A DNA stretch of 64,000 bases from Obrimoposthia wandeli. Lineage: Eukaryota. The notes under the pieces are model-generated. The model ran no database searches. It had not been told where the DNA came from and was given only the letters and a program-made list of their open reading frames with translations. Within the stretch, counting starts at the first letter, position 1, and each line of letters starts with the position of its first letter. Shown piece by piece: positions 36,444 to 49,420 of this stretch. The position numbers and the translations under genes were made by a program. The stretch lies in assembly GCA_977020255.1 (NCBI GenBank), contig CDROCS010006580.1, positions 1 through 64,000 of the forward strand, read 5' to 3'.

Positions 36444-37457
36444 TTATACTTTACGTAAATGAAGAGTTAAACTAGTTTTTGCTCCATATGAAAATGGAAT
36501 TAGATTACCAGCATCATCACGTATATTTACCTCGATTCTATTAATACTTGAATCTCTCATTTTCAAGTACATTGGATTATCAATTTTAACATTTACTACA
36601 TCTCCATATCGATATTTTAATGATTTTAACCAAATAGACTTTAACAGTGGAACATAATCAGATCCTACTAAGACAGAATCTGTTAAACTAGTATAAATAT
36701 ACATTTGATTATATGAGCTAGAAAGTGTTGGTTCTTGAAAACCTTTAATTCGTTTCTCAAAGAAAACATTATTTAAACCTAATAAAGATGCAAGTTTTTC
36801 GTCAAATAAAACTGATTTTACATTTTTCTTTATAAAAATATCAAATAATCCGTTTGAATCTATATTACAGCTTTTAAAAATTTCATTACATTTACTGGCT
36901 ATAATATTACATAATGAAGAACTATCTTGTATCAAATAATTTTGATTAAATTTTATTTCGTATTCATATTCAGCTAAAGAATAAATTGTAATTCTCATTT
37001 TAGCATGAATATTTTTATTTATGTCAACAATTTCATCACTTGTTATAACATGACTAGAAAATTTTTGTATTTCATTAAAACTTATAATTTTTGATTCTTC
37101 TAAAGTTTCGAATTTTAACAACATTCGATGAATACTGTTAATTGTACTTATTTCTAATTTTTGATCCTTTGTAATTTTGAAATTGAAAACATTATTTAAA
37201 TTATTAAAAATTAATCCATTTAAAATTGCAAAAGATACATCGAAAGTTTTCATTTCTATCTTTTCCGTTTTATAAAGTATTTTCGAATTAGTTTGTATTG
37301 TTAAAGGAGTATAATTAAATACAAATTCAGTCAAGGCAACCTCCCATTCACCATCTAAATTTAGAGAGTTTTCCCAATCTACAGTAAATTGATTGGCTGT
37401 ATTGCTAGGTTGAGTACTCGGACAACTATTACTAGGTAAAATAATATATTTTGACAT
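36444..37457 (-). CDS. PX: Minor capsid (penton-like, single jelly-roll) protein, 337 aa, intact ORF
   Basis: N-terminal YIILPSNS...NTANQF.V......LDGEWEVALTE and C-terminal MYIYTSL...VLVGSDYVPLL...IEVNIRDDAG..IPF.YG....LHLRK match Polinton mCP motifs. Confidence 0.88.
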   Translation of the reverse strand: MSKYIILPSNSCPSTQPSNTANQFTVDWENSLNLDGEWEVALTEFVFNYTPLTIQTNSKILYKTEKIEMKTFDVSFAILNGLIFNNLNNVFNFKITKDQKLEISTINSIHRMLLKFETLEESKIISFNEIQKFSSHVITSDEIVDINKNIHAKMRITIYSLAEYEYEIKFNQNYLIQDSSSLCNIIASKCNEIFKSCNIDSNGLFDIFIKKNVKSVLFDEKLASLLGLNNVFFEKRIKGFQEPTLSSSYNQMYIYTSLTDSVLVGSDYVPLLKSIWLKSLKYRYGDVVNVKIDNPMYLKMRDSSINRIEVNIRDDAGNLIPFSYGAKTSLTLHLRKV

Positions 37458-37490
37458 TATTCAATTTGAGAAGCGAATATACAAGAAGGT

Positions 37491-37967
37491 TCAGAGTATC
37501 TGTGCCACTTTACGTAATATTGTAATATTAATATTCTTACCACGACCTTTAGTTTCTAAAATTTCTTGTATTCGATATAGTTTAGGTTTATCAATTAATT
37601 GTAACTCTTGTTTATAAAATTTTCCTTTGATGATGACGTTATCAATATCTTTTAAAATATACATTATTGGATTTTGTTTATAATTAATATCATGAATTTG
37701 AAAAACCTCATCACTCCAATTTTGATTAAAATTTTTAATAAATGGACTAATACTTATTTTAGAAATTCGAACATAATCATCAATTTTACACTTGGCCTTA
37801 CTCTTTTTGACTTTTGAATTTTGACTCAACAAAATATCAAATTCATTTTTCTTATTTATATCTACAGGTTTTAAATCATTTAATCCTCTATGTTTAGAAT
37901 GATTATAAACATAAATAATTTTCGGTAAAACTTCAATCCATTTCTTATTACCCTGTTTAGTAAAATA
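37491..37967 (-). pseudogene. INT: Retroviral-like integrase, C-terminal part only (catalytic N-terminal region deleted)
   Basis: Open from 37967: YFTKQGNKKWIEVLPKIIYVYNHSKHRG...KPVDI, then VRISK...NWSDEVFQI...YILKD...IKGKFYKQELQ and a degenerate chromo-like tail; TGA immediately upstream. Confidence 0.88.
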
Positions 37968-37985
37968 TCATTAAATGTCCTCTAG

Positions 37986-39597
37986 AATAAGTTAAGTTTA
38001 CCAGTAAAATGGAATGATAAAATCACAGACACTGAATATCAAAAAGCACAAGATGTTTGGAAAATAACCAATTGTAGAAATATGTTGGATTATATGTTAG
38101 TTTACTTAAAGACTGACGTATATTTATTAGCTGACGTGTTTCAAACATTCAGAAGAAAAGCTCTCAGTGAAGATGGTTTAGAACCACTTAACTTTTTTAG
38201 CATTCCTGGGTTGAGTTGGGCAAGTGCTCTAAAAATGTTAAAACATAAGGTTGAACTGATGCAGGATCCTGAAATGTACAACATGATTTCTTCGGGTATA
38301 CGAGGAGGAATGACATTTGTCAATAAGCATCATGTAGTCGCTGATGAAGAAACAAGTCTTTTATATATAGATGTTAATAATTTATATGGATGGGCTCTTG
38401 ATCAACCTTTACCAAAAGGAGATTTTGAATGGATTCTTGATGATATAAAATTAAACGAAATATTGCATGAAATGAAAAATGTGAACATGGAACATATTGA
38501 ATATGGTTATGTTATGGAAGTAGACTTGGTAATACCAGAAAACCTTCATGACTTTTTAGATGATCTTCCTATAGCTCCAGAAAAGAAATGTCCACCTGGT
38601 AAAAAAGTTGAAAAACTTTTAATGACGCATTCGCCAAAAAGTCATTATGTTATTCATTGGAGACTATTGCAGATGTATGTTAGTTTAGGAGCAGTGGTAA
38701 CAATTATTCATCGAGCAGTAAAATTCTCTCAGGCTAAGATATTCGTAGAATATATAGAATATAATTCAGAAATGAGATCACAAGCAACGAATAAATGTGA
38801 CAAAGATTTTTATAAACTTAAAAATCTTAGTTTGTATGGAAAGACCGTTGAAAATGTTAAGAAACGGTTGAATCTTCGCATCTGCACTAGTTCTACAAAA
38901 TTAATTACATATACTAGCAAACCTAAGTTTCAACGAACAATTGAAATTCATGATAATTTAATAGCTGTTTTATTAAGAAAAGACTTTATTTGTCTCGATC
39001 GACCAAATTATATAGGCCAAGCTGTACTAGACCTTAGCAAATTACGAATGTATACTCTTCAGTATCATGATTTGCAAATATATCGTAATTTATTCAATTG
39101 TTCAATTAATATAGTTGCCGGTGATACCGACTCATTCTTTTTGGAATGTAAAAAACGTTAATTTAAGAAAACAGTTGTTACCAAAAATGATTGCAGATGG
39201 ATTATTAGATACGTCAAATTATAATGTGAATGATCCATTATATTCTAATAAATTTAATAGTAAAATAGGTTTATTTAAAGATGAATCGGAAGGAAGAATG
39301 TATAAAGAATGGATTTTCTTACTTTGTAAATGTTATTCACTTAAGTTTGAAGATGACTTTGAAAATAATAAAGCAAAAGGAGTAAATCTTAAGGGATCAA
39401 CGGTTGTACATCAAACATATTTAGACGTGTATGAAAACGGTAATGCATATACTATACCACAAAAGAAGTTTGGAACAATAAATCATCAACTATACACAAT
39501 CATAACACAAAAGACTGCTCTCAGCTCATCAGATGACAAACGCTATTGGATCGAGAAAAATAGAAGCCGCGCTTATGGACATTATGAAATTACATAA
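37986..39597 (+). pseudogene. POLB: Protein-primed family B DNA polymerase, 5'-truncated, with one frameshift
   Basis: YLKTDVYLLADVFQTFR, IRGGMTF, motif A YIDVNNLYGWA, motif B KLKNLSLYGKT, motif C AGDTDS, and terminal DDKRY...AYGHY. The frame shifts in the A-run at ~39147-39152 (ORFs 38082-39161 and 39115-39597). Confidence 0.93.
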
Positions 39598-39649
39598 TAA
39601 ATGTGTTTAATTTTGTATTATTCTCTGACTTCTTTCTTATTTATTTTTG

Positions 39650-40738
39650 ATTTAATATAAATTTACCATATTTCTTTAGATGCATAAGCCTGGGAAAAAC
39701 TTTGTACTGAATTTTCACATAGAATAGTGTGTGTATGATTACGTAATACATTCCTTAACTGATAAGAGTGAACTTTAGCTTAAATTTTCACATAGAATAG
39801 TGTGTGTGTTATTAAAAACCACATTCCTTAACTGATAAGAGTGAACTTTAAACTAAATTTTCACATAGAATAGGATATGTATGATTACGTAATACATTCC
39901 TTAACTGATAAGAGTGAACTTTCACATAGAATAATTGATTGAATACTATATAATTTCTTAATTTATGCCAAATCTGACCCTTAACTTGTGGACGACCATA
40001 AAATTTTTACATGAATAAACTCGTAATATGTTGACGAATACAACCATGTACTTGAAACTATGAAATTCCAACTTTTTTAACCCTTCATCTATGGACGACC
40101 ATACCTATATGGATGAATTCGTCTTCTAAAGATGATTACAACCATGTATTCAAACCTTGACATTTAAAACTTGATTTGGTCTATAGCTCGACCCTTTGAT
40201 TTATGGACAGTCATACTTTATGGGTGACTTCGTCTTCTAAAGATGATTACAACCATGTACTAAAACCTTGATATTTTAAACTTGACTTTGTTTTTAGCCC
40301 GACCCTTTCACCTATGGACGACCACAAATCTTTAGATGTGATGACCAACCATAGTTGACCTTAATTATACCTTCAAAGTTTCAAGTCAAAACTGACCTTG
40401 ACCCTTTGATTTATGGACGACCACAACCCTTTAGATATGTTGGTTGACCATAGACGGTCATGGCCATACCTTAAAACCTTCATGTCAAAACTGACCTTGA
40501 CCCTTTGAATTATGGACGACCACAACCCTTTAGTGGTATACCAAAGAAGGTTGGAGACTAAGCCACTGAACCCTTCCCCCTTCCCCCCTCCCCCCTATCA
40601 TAAACTTTCTGAGCCAGACCCTTATGGTGTGGCAAGATACCCTTATGGTGTGACACCCTTATGTTGAAAATCCTTTAACATTGTGTGCGCACAAGGGGTG
40701 GGGGGTCAAGTGGCTTAGACTCCATCCTTCTACCTACT
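39650..40738 (-). repeat. Right TIR, with an extra ~115-bp block (C-tracts and an inverted copy of the terminus)
   Basis: Reverse complement of the left TIR, except that ~40480-40598 has no counterpart on the left. Confidence 0.92.
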
Positions 40739-42039
40739 TACTATATGTCAGATGAAATCTACAACAACCAAAAATGATATTGTGCCAAATTTTCGACTTA
40801 AATCTTAAGAAATTCTTGAAATAATATTACCAATTGTTGTTAAGATAGTAAACACATCAATAATTACAAGTGTATGAATAAAACCATTACCTGAAGTTAA
40901 AAATATAGTTTTTAAAGTAATTTATACAGTTAAGTAATTTAGAAATAAAAAATGTACTCCCTACTTGCTATTCAACTTATAAAAGTTATCATTCAACTGA
41001 AACTGCATTGCTTAGGCTAATTAATAATAACAAATGAGTACTAATGATATTTTCTAGATCTATATGCAGAATTTGACACTGTTAATTATAAACTATTATT
41101 AAAAGGTTTGGAAAAATTGGAATCAATGAAAAGCTGCCGAATTGGCAAAAAAATTATTTACTTTTTGCAAATTATAAATTAATCAGAAAAAATACTTAAC
41201 TTTAAAAGTTAAAATAATAAAATCACAAACCTTAAGCAAATTTTATTAAACGTATTTTTTAAATTCAAGTAAACAAAATATTGTTAAATTTTCTGTTAGT
41301 ATTACAAAATTCTATCAATGTTTTACGCAATTTATTGTTCTGTTATGTTTGTAGATGCGCATTCTTCATAATTTGTCAATATTGAGGAATATTAATCAAT
41401 TCTCCATTAATTCCTCGTCTGAAAATATTTCATTCAAATGATCACATATTAATACAACGAATAGTAAAATTGGTTTGTTTTCTATTTTGCTGTTTTGGGT
41501 ATCCATAAAGATTTTACTTCGCATTCAAAATTACATTTACCCCTAAATACTGGCTTCTTGACGTGTAATCTTGCAGTCTGTAAAACAATTTATTGTATAA
41601 AATTAACATTATTTCAACTGAAATATCGTACTTTCATCTGAAAATTTGATTTTTGCAATGCATAATCTTTTATGGTAAACAACGTCGTTAATGCATTCTC
41701 CAAATTCAAACACATCATTCATCCTGTACCAGCTCTCAGGAATTGTCACATATTTCCCAACGGACCTTTAAATATCTTGAAGAAAGAGTATGGCCGCATC
41801 TACTAATAATTCATATTTTCATATTATTGACATCAATTTCTGTTGTTTTAATTTGAGTCACGTTTTTTAAAATTTTAAACTGCAAAAAATTCATTTGAAC
41901 TAAAATTAAATAATTTAAAAGTCAGTAAAAATCTTAAAATTATTCAAAACTCGAAACTATAGCATTTCAATTTTAATATTTGGAATATTTGGACTAATAC
42001 GCTTTGTGGAAATACAACGTGAGTGTACATAAGTTCATT

Positions 42040-42084
42040 TGAATGTGCGCGGTTGCGACGCCGCGTAGCTTAGAGGGAACAGTG
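42040..42084 (-). repeat. Probable solo hAT-type terminal inverted repeat
   Basis: GCGTAGCTTAGAGGGAACAGTG (rc CACTGTTCCCTCTAAGCTACGC) resembles CA(A/G)TGTTCCCTCTAA hAT ends; no partner end found. Confidence 0.4.
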
Positions 42085-44599
42085 ATTATAATAATGACTA
42101 ATATGATTCTAATATGCTATAAAAAATGCTACGTAAATAATTTGAACAATTTTTGTATGAAATTATTTCAAAGAACCTGCTGCTAAATATCAATATATTC
42201 TAACTGTAAAATTCGAAACGGTACATTAAAATGTTTCAAACAAAAAGTGCGTTTTGATCTAATAAGTTCTCTTCAAAGAATTGAAAGCATCAACCGGAAA
42301 TTTGGTTTCTTTTTATGATTGATCTCATGATTTATTTTTGTATAAAAACAATAAGTTAACATACACATTAATTCGGCGAAAGAACAAAGGATGTATCAGA
42401 ATAAATTGAATTGAAAGAAAATAAATCTTTAACTGATTTATTACACTGATTTGCACACGTACATACACATAACTTATATTTATTAAGAATATGCCTGTTG
42501 AATTTAAATGAATTATCTTTATTCGAGTTTTTTTATGGTGGAACATTTCGTTACAAACAATTTCGATCATTTTATCACATACTTCACTATAACGATAAAG
42601 TTAAATAAATATTGTCCAATTCAAAAAATATAGATCATGGTTGATTTTATTTATTCATTTAAACTAAAGCTTAGAAATTAATTTTCTCTAATAATTTATT
42701 AGTAATAACACATTCAATTAATGTAATTAATTAGTAATATATTTTTTTAATACATTCAGTGAATCTACGAACTAAACAATGATTTTTTAAAGAATTAACA
42801 ATTTTAAGCTGACAAACATTGTAATAGGAAAGGAATCATATATTAGTTGGAATTGAGACGAGTTTAACCATAGAATTCGAAAATTTTCAAAAGGATCTGA
42901 TAGAGTTAAAATATAAATGAACAGAAATATAAGCTTACAATTAATATTTCTCTAACTTGTTAGTAAAAAATAAATGAATAAATATCAGTAAATCGCAACA
43001 AAAAGTATCGAGTCTAATCGAAATACATTAATCATTGAAAAAACTAAAATCACAACAAAAAAAATCTGTAAAAATTACGAATGACTTTATATTGCTAATA
43101 AATAGTTTTTTCAATAATTAAAAACTGTTACGATATATCAGATTTTAATGGAAGAAAAATATATTCGATGAGCCTATACCGAATACTTGCTTTTGTATAC
43201 AAACAACAGCATACAAATTGTTTAAAATTAAAAATAAGTAAGCAAAGAAAAATGTATACTCAGTGCCAATTAGATAGATTTATAACAATATGAATACTGA
43301 CATTTTATATCTTAATTTATATAATAAATTATAATTTATAACCTATATATGATTTAAGAATTTCGACTTTAAATACATGCGTTTTCCGGTATTTTATTCA
43401 AATTGATAAGAATTGGCACTGTAAATCGAATGATTTTAGGCGCATTGAGAAAACTGAAGCTACGGTTAAAGAAAATGTCTGATATTATACCGACAAGTTG
43501 CTCTATACACAAAAATTCAATTCAATACAAAGGAAAAAACTTTAATGGTCACATATATTTGAACGAGTTTTGTATATATAGCAATTAAAACACTTAATTA
43601 GATCCCAACAGTATTGGGAAACAGTATTATGAAATGAAGACCGGACATAGAAATATAGTTTTGGGAGAAACTTAAATTTCACAAAGAATGTATATTTAGA
43701 CCCAACTAAGACTCCATTGTAATTATTTATTCAAAATTCTGTCGTTTTCATATTTTTTCTGCTGGTTCCCAAAATGGAACGCTAAGAACGACAGGGTATA
43801 AATAATGGTCATTTTAGATTTTTTTATTTCCTTTATATGTAGCATATTACAAATGAAATGGCATGTAAAATTGGGTTATTTACGTTTTAATATATAATTT
43901 TTATCCATATAAAACTATAAATCCTGTTATAAATAAATGTTAAATTATAAACAAATAATATAAAATATAAAACATCATTATTATTATTGTTCAAATATAA
44001 ACCATCAGCTCATATTTCATAACACCAATTTACATGACCTACTCAACATACAACACCAATCAAAACATCAAAAAAACGGTTTGGTGTAGATTTTATACGC
44101 ATTTTAAATAATGTTCCCATTTGGGAACGTTGGTTCTTAAAGGGTTAACAAAGTGTGGAACTGAATCTTTGAACTATACGAATGTTCGTTTTGTCTCATT
44201 AAAAATAAATAAGCCGAGAAACCAATAGGACAAAACTGGTCACATTCAAAATCGAAAGTTTATTCAAATGGCTGTAACGCTTGGGCCAAGGTTGATCATT
44301 AAAATAATTTTGAAATAAACTTTAAAAAATGATAATGGGTGAATCAAGAAACAATTTCCGACTGTATCAGAAAGAAGAATTATGCTATTCTAAACTAAAT
44401 TTAACAAGTTTTTGATCAAATTTTTAATCGTATAAACACACCACGGAGTAATACATTCTTCAGGTTACAAAGTAATGGTCTTAAATAAGCCAAATATATT
44501 TCAGGAAATCTGTTTCATTTTTCTAATAGATTTAAAATTATTAAGCGTATACCTTGACCTTTTTAATCAAATTCCTTACAACTAAATAAAAAAAATTCT

Positions 44600-45260
44600 A
44601 TACTTTTCATCCAAATAATTTCTGTCGTTGTCAGCAAATAATTCCCTTTGTAACCAAATTTTCGAAATCTCCCCTGATACGAAACCTAAAGACTTCAAAA
44701 GTCAATTTTTGACATTCTAAACATATTGATTCTTTCCCCTTGAAGCTAATGCTTCATTGAGTAATGGGGGTGAATGAGAACTTGTCATTTTATTTGTTTT
44801 AGAAAAGATTGAGTCTTTATAGCAGAATGTGGCCGGGCATTGTCTTACTCAATGGCAACTTATTTTCTATTTGCAATTGTGTGGATATTATATCCCTTCC
44901 AGCTGACTTAATTGATTGATCAGCTTTTAATAATTCACAATCAACAATTTCGTATATATTCCACCAATTTCCCGTGCTTTTATGGCTTAAGATTTGGCTT
45001 ACACCTTTCGCCTTTGTCAAACCATTGATGTTTTCTCGTTGTATTGTCGAAATGGAGCGATTTTTCTTATCCAGTAATCATTCTGCTGAAATATGATTGT
45101 TTAGAAAAGTTGACTACACTGGTCTTGAGGAATCCATCTGCCTATCGGTAAAACTTTCTTGATCAGGTTGCATGTGAGTTCCCCGAGTGAGTGATCATTA
45201 TCTTCTTCGACCAATGCCTTCAAAAAGTCAACTTAACTTTGTCCCCCGTAGTTGATTCCC
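44600..45260 (-). mobile_element. mariner transposase remnant
   Basis: Minus strand: LKALVEED...GRWIPQ (WVPHEL-like), RMITG*EK.LHFDNTTRKHQW, WWNIYEIVDCELLK, DNARPHSA and HPHYS. Confidence 0.8.
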
Positions 45261-48200
45261 TCAAATAATAAGAGTTAAGTCCCAACTCGATATTCAAATG
45301 TCATTACATGTATGAGATTCGCATTGTCAACTTCAAATATTTTATAATCGAAATTATTGAAAATAGACCCCAACTTTTATATATACTATATTATTAAAAC
45401 ACTATAATTAACGAGTATTAATTTTATTAAAAATATCGCAGTGCTTATGATAACTTGTTTGAATATTTCCTTACTATAGTGCTTGAATATTTACGACAAC
45501 GAATATGTTCTATTAACGTGGTATTTTCCACATGGACATACATATATCTGGTCTTGTATAGATTTTGATAACATTTCGGTGTTGACTTCAACGAAAAGTC
45601 AGTATCTAGCATCTTGAAAACTCTAGAAATTCAATTCTACAAAGCCAAAAAACGTTTTGACGATTATTTAGACTAAGTTGTCATGACAAATTTCTCCAAA
45701 TGAGTGGGTAAATTTGTACTTCGTTTGTTTGAATAATGAATTTTTTTGATGGAATTGGGTTCGATGCTTATTTTTCCAGCGACTTTTGACGTATTTCCTG
45801 GCCAGTTACAAAACTTGAAAAAAGGGAAATTGAGACAATATTTTGTTAATACAATTCAGAGTTGAAATGTAGATAAAAAATCGATTCGTTTTCCAGTGCA
45901 ATTGTCCTTGTTAATATTTTTTGTTTGATTGAAAGGTTTCAAAAAATGAAAATATAATTTTTATTCTGAATGTTAATTTTTTTCTTCGAGTAATTTAAAA
46001 TTCAATTTGAAATTCCACCTACTTGATACATTTTTCAAGTATTTGTGAGGAGATACTTTATTTAAAAGATTGTTATAAAAATCTATGTTTTTCATACTTT
46101 TTTGATCATGACTCACATTTGAATCACAAACAAGGGAATAACCCTACATGCTCCACTGAATTTAAAAATAATAAAATTTAAATAAAAGCTAATATTTATA
46201 AGATATCATGTTTCATGCATAATTGCTAAATACCATTGATAAATATTTACCAACAGCTAAAACTTATTAATAAACATTAGGTATAATAATAATTCTTGTG
46301 ATAAAACGACCAATTTGAAAACAAACTATACTCTATAGCCATACGTTTGTAAAACAAAAAACGTGATATAATTCTTGACAAAAGAAACACCACAGATAGA
46401 TAATATTTTATGCATAGTGTAAAGTATTTTAATTTTATTTTCTTAGCAATGTTTTGCAGTGTTAAATATGTAATAAAATTTCGTATTTACAATAAAATTT
46501 CTTCGAAACGAAACATGTGGTTGGCATTTTTATGGATCTATTCCGATTAGCTAAACTGGGTTGTTTTTAAAAAATGATTATGCATATATCCATTTAGTGG
46601 CAAAATGAGTCTGCAATAATTGTTTCACCTGCATTCAACCAGCTGTAGTGTACAATAACCACCAACAGACTCACCACAGACCAACTAACAGTTATATTAT
46701 TTTTGGTCAAATTGTGGTCGGGGTATTGATTGTGGTGTTTCCTACTGTTCATCCCACTGATGTGACCGTCTCCCATTGTTGTACTTTATTAATTTTGTCT
46801 AAATAAAATGACGATAAAATCGAAAATCTTTTAATTTATTAAGTTTTTGCTGATTTTTGAGGTACCCATTTTAATAGAAGCTCCACGACCTACTAGGTCT
46901 TCTAAGCCAGTGATTTCAAACCTTAACTTTTCAACGGATCTTTTAGTGTTTTATAATTAGCAGAACCATTACCAAACGCCATATTTATACTACAAAAGCT
47001 TCCACAGCCGTGTGACCTAATTTATATTCATAAAAAATAATCTGTTTTTTGGTTTGGATTCATACCAAATTCTGAGTCCCTTTCTAAAATAAAATTATAA
47101 AATTGTTCTACATACCGTATAAATGTAATAAATGGATAATAAAGGAATACTGCAGGTACAAAATTTGACTCATTAAAACTAGTAAAAGAAGGTATTGGAA
47201 TTTGAAAATTGAAAACCGAAAATAATAATCCAACAACCTGTTATATCAAATTTCACCAAATATACTTTAGTAATTTTTATGTAATTAAATTTTTTTCTCA
47301 TAAATTTCTAAAAATATCAATTTCTAAGTCGAACAATTATCTCTATTTGATATCAGCAGCAAAACAAATATGACATTTAATAATTCCTCCAAAAAGCATA
47401 TTTTAAGATTATGAAAACATATCTTTGTCTTTTAAACACCAATTTTTTAAATATTGACATGTTTGAAAACTCTACGTACTTAAAATTAAAATATTCAATT
47501 TTGAAATATCCACCTGACATTTCTGTCATAGGCCAATTATTTTAATTAGACACAAAAGTGTGGAGGGTTAACATATTTTACTGATTTTCGTAGTCCAATG
47601 GTAAAAAAATACAGAAAAGATCAAGATTGTGACTCTTAAATATCAAAATGCTGCTTAGATACTCTCAAATGATACGAAATTCTCAAAGATAAGATGGTAG
47701 GTTCACTATGGATACAACATTTCAGAAATTCCCGTGGCAGCAATTGGCAATAAAAAAATTCATGGCAGCAGATCATTTGAATGTAATTACCTTTCCATCA
47801 TTTTCAGTTATTTTACTGTTAATTAAATTTAGTGAGGTCTGTAGGATGTAAATTATAACTGAAATGAATAAACAAACATGTAATGTTTTTAAATATGATT
47901 TTATGAACTTACTATTTTTATTTAATTATTTTAAATTATATCTAAAACAAAAGTTCTCTCTACTAACACAGTCTGTAGTCTGCCCTTTTTGTAAGCAATA
48001 ATTTAAGCTCTTTAAATCTAAGACATTTTCATCATTTAATTGTAAAAAATAAGCAATTGGTAAGCAATAGTTACTGTGTAAAATGTTTTGTCTAGCTCGA
48101 CAAAAGCTCTTCATAGGAATAGCGAATTGAAACAGCATTAAGACCACGTATTATTCAAACTGCGTTTAAGAAGTAAAAAAATATTTCTGCTTAATCTAGC

Positions 48201-48499
48201 ATAGAGTTAATTTCTAGAAAAAGTCAAATTTACTTCTTGACAGAGGTCGTATTTCTTCGTCATCGTGAAATAGATACATATATCTAATCTAATTTAACCA
48301 AGTCAATTCTTAGTCTACTTTTCATATACACTGCTTTTCGACGAGTCTGTGTTTCATATTGCTTTATGACATCAGTCAAAGAGTTTGTGGAGATATGTAA
48401 ATTAAAAACTACCCAGTTTTAAATTTCAATTTCTTTTTTTAGAGTTACACAGAAATATTAACGGAATTTATTACTGGGGGATTTCGTGATTTAAGAGAT

Positions 48500-49420
48500 T
48501 TTAAAAGTACTGTTTTAGATAACGCAAGCCAGCACATATTATGGGGATTAAGATCTTAGTACTAAACAATCAAGTATAGATTTTGCCAATGACATTTTAA
48601 ATTGTTCAATTTCAAATATTTCCCCACCCTATTTGTTCTTTGAGAATTTCTTAATAAATATGCCGTTATAATCGTTGTTTCTAAGATATATATACAAGTT
48701 CACGTCACTAAGCTTGTGAATATCATATAAAGGAGGGCTTGGTGAAAATAATATCTTTGTTGATAATAGATAGGATTTTGGATTCCATTTTGACAATGAA
48801 ACTTCCTTTAATGTTCACTTATATTAGGGCTTTTCTTTGATTTGAATTGAACTCTGACGACTTTGTTTAAAATTATGCAAGAAATTGAATTGATAAGCTG
48901 GAATATTAAACAATAAAGAATTTTGAAAATCCAGTCTTGATATAATAATTGCATCTCAATAGGCAGGTATTTTCTTATTTCTAAATATATATATTTTTAC
49001 GCAATACCAAATATATCTGATATGACTATTGTATGTTGTTATCACTTTATTAATTGGACAATTTATTGTAATGTTTCATCGAGAAAGGAACCAATGTTCT
49101 TTAGTTTACTTTTTAAATTAATAATATTATCCCCAACCTATATAAACCTTTTTAATCTTTTTTATGGCTTATATAATTTTTTAATCCAAATAAAATAGGC
49201 TCATTATTATTTTCATTTATCTCAATTGTCTTGATTTCATCATAATAACTATTTAATTATTAATATTTTATATTTTTCTTATAATCACTACGATTGGATC
49301 AAGAATCGAACCTTGAAGAACACCGCATTTTAAATCAACAGTAGATAGATATCGAGAGATCGCCAAAATATTTTAGCTTATTAAGCTACGTAATGGGGTC
49401 AAAGATTAGGGAATGCCATT
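48500..49420 (-). mobile_element. Non-LTR retrotransposon reverse transcriptase 3' remnant (CR1/L2/Jockey-like)
   Basis: Minus strand CGVLQGSILDP (GVPQGSILGP motif) at ~49300-49335, and a degenerate FLDETLQ (LGVxxDxxL-W-like) at ~49070-49100. Confidence 0.55.

Larger units (their letters stand above)
32725..40738. mobile_element. Polinton/Maverick (adintovirus-like) element, internally deleted, 8014 bp
   Basis: Termini AGTAGGTA (32725) and TACCTACT (40731-40738); identical 6-bp flanks TACTAT at 32719-32724 and 40739-40744; ~1.1-kb TIRs; MCP, mCP, protease, integrase and pPolB sequences inside. Confidence 0.96.

Noticed and set aside
43760-44148. GTTCCC(A/T)4-5GGAAC palindromes and a GGG-TTAA end, suggesting a piggyBac-like MITE
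   Set aside because: Only one convincing terminus is present; the left boundary cannot be defined.
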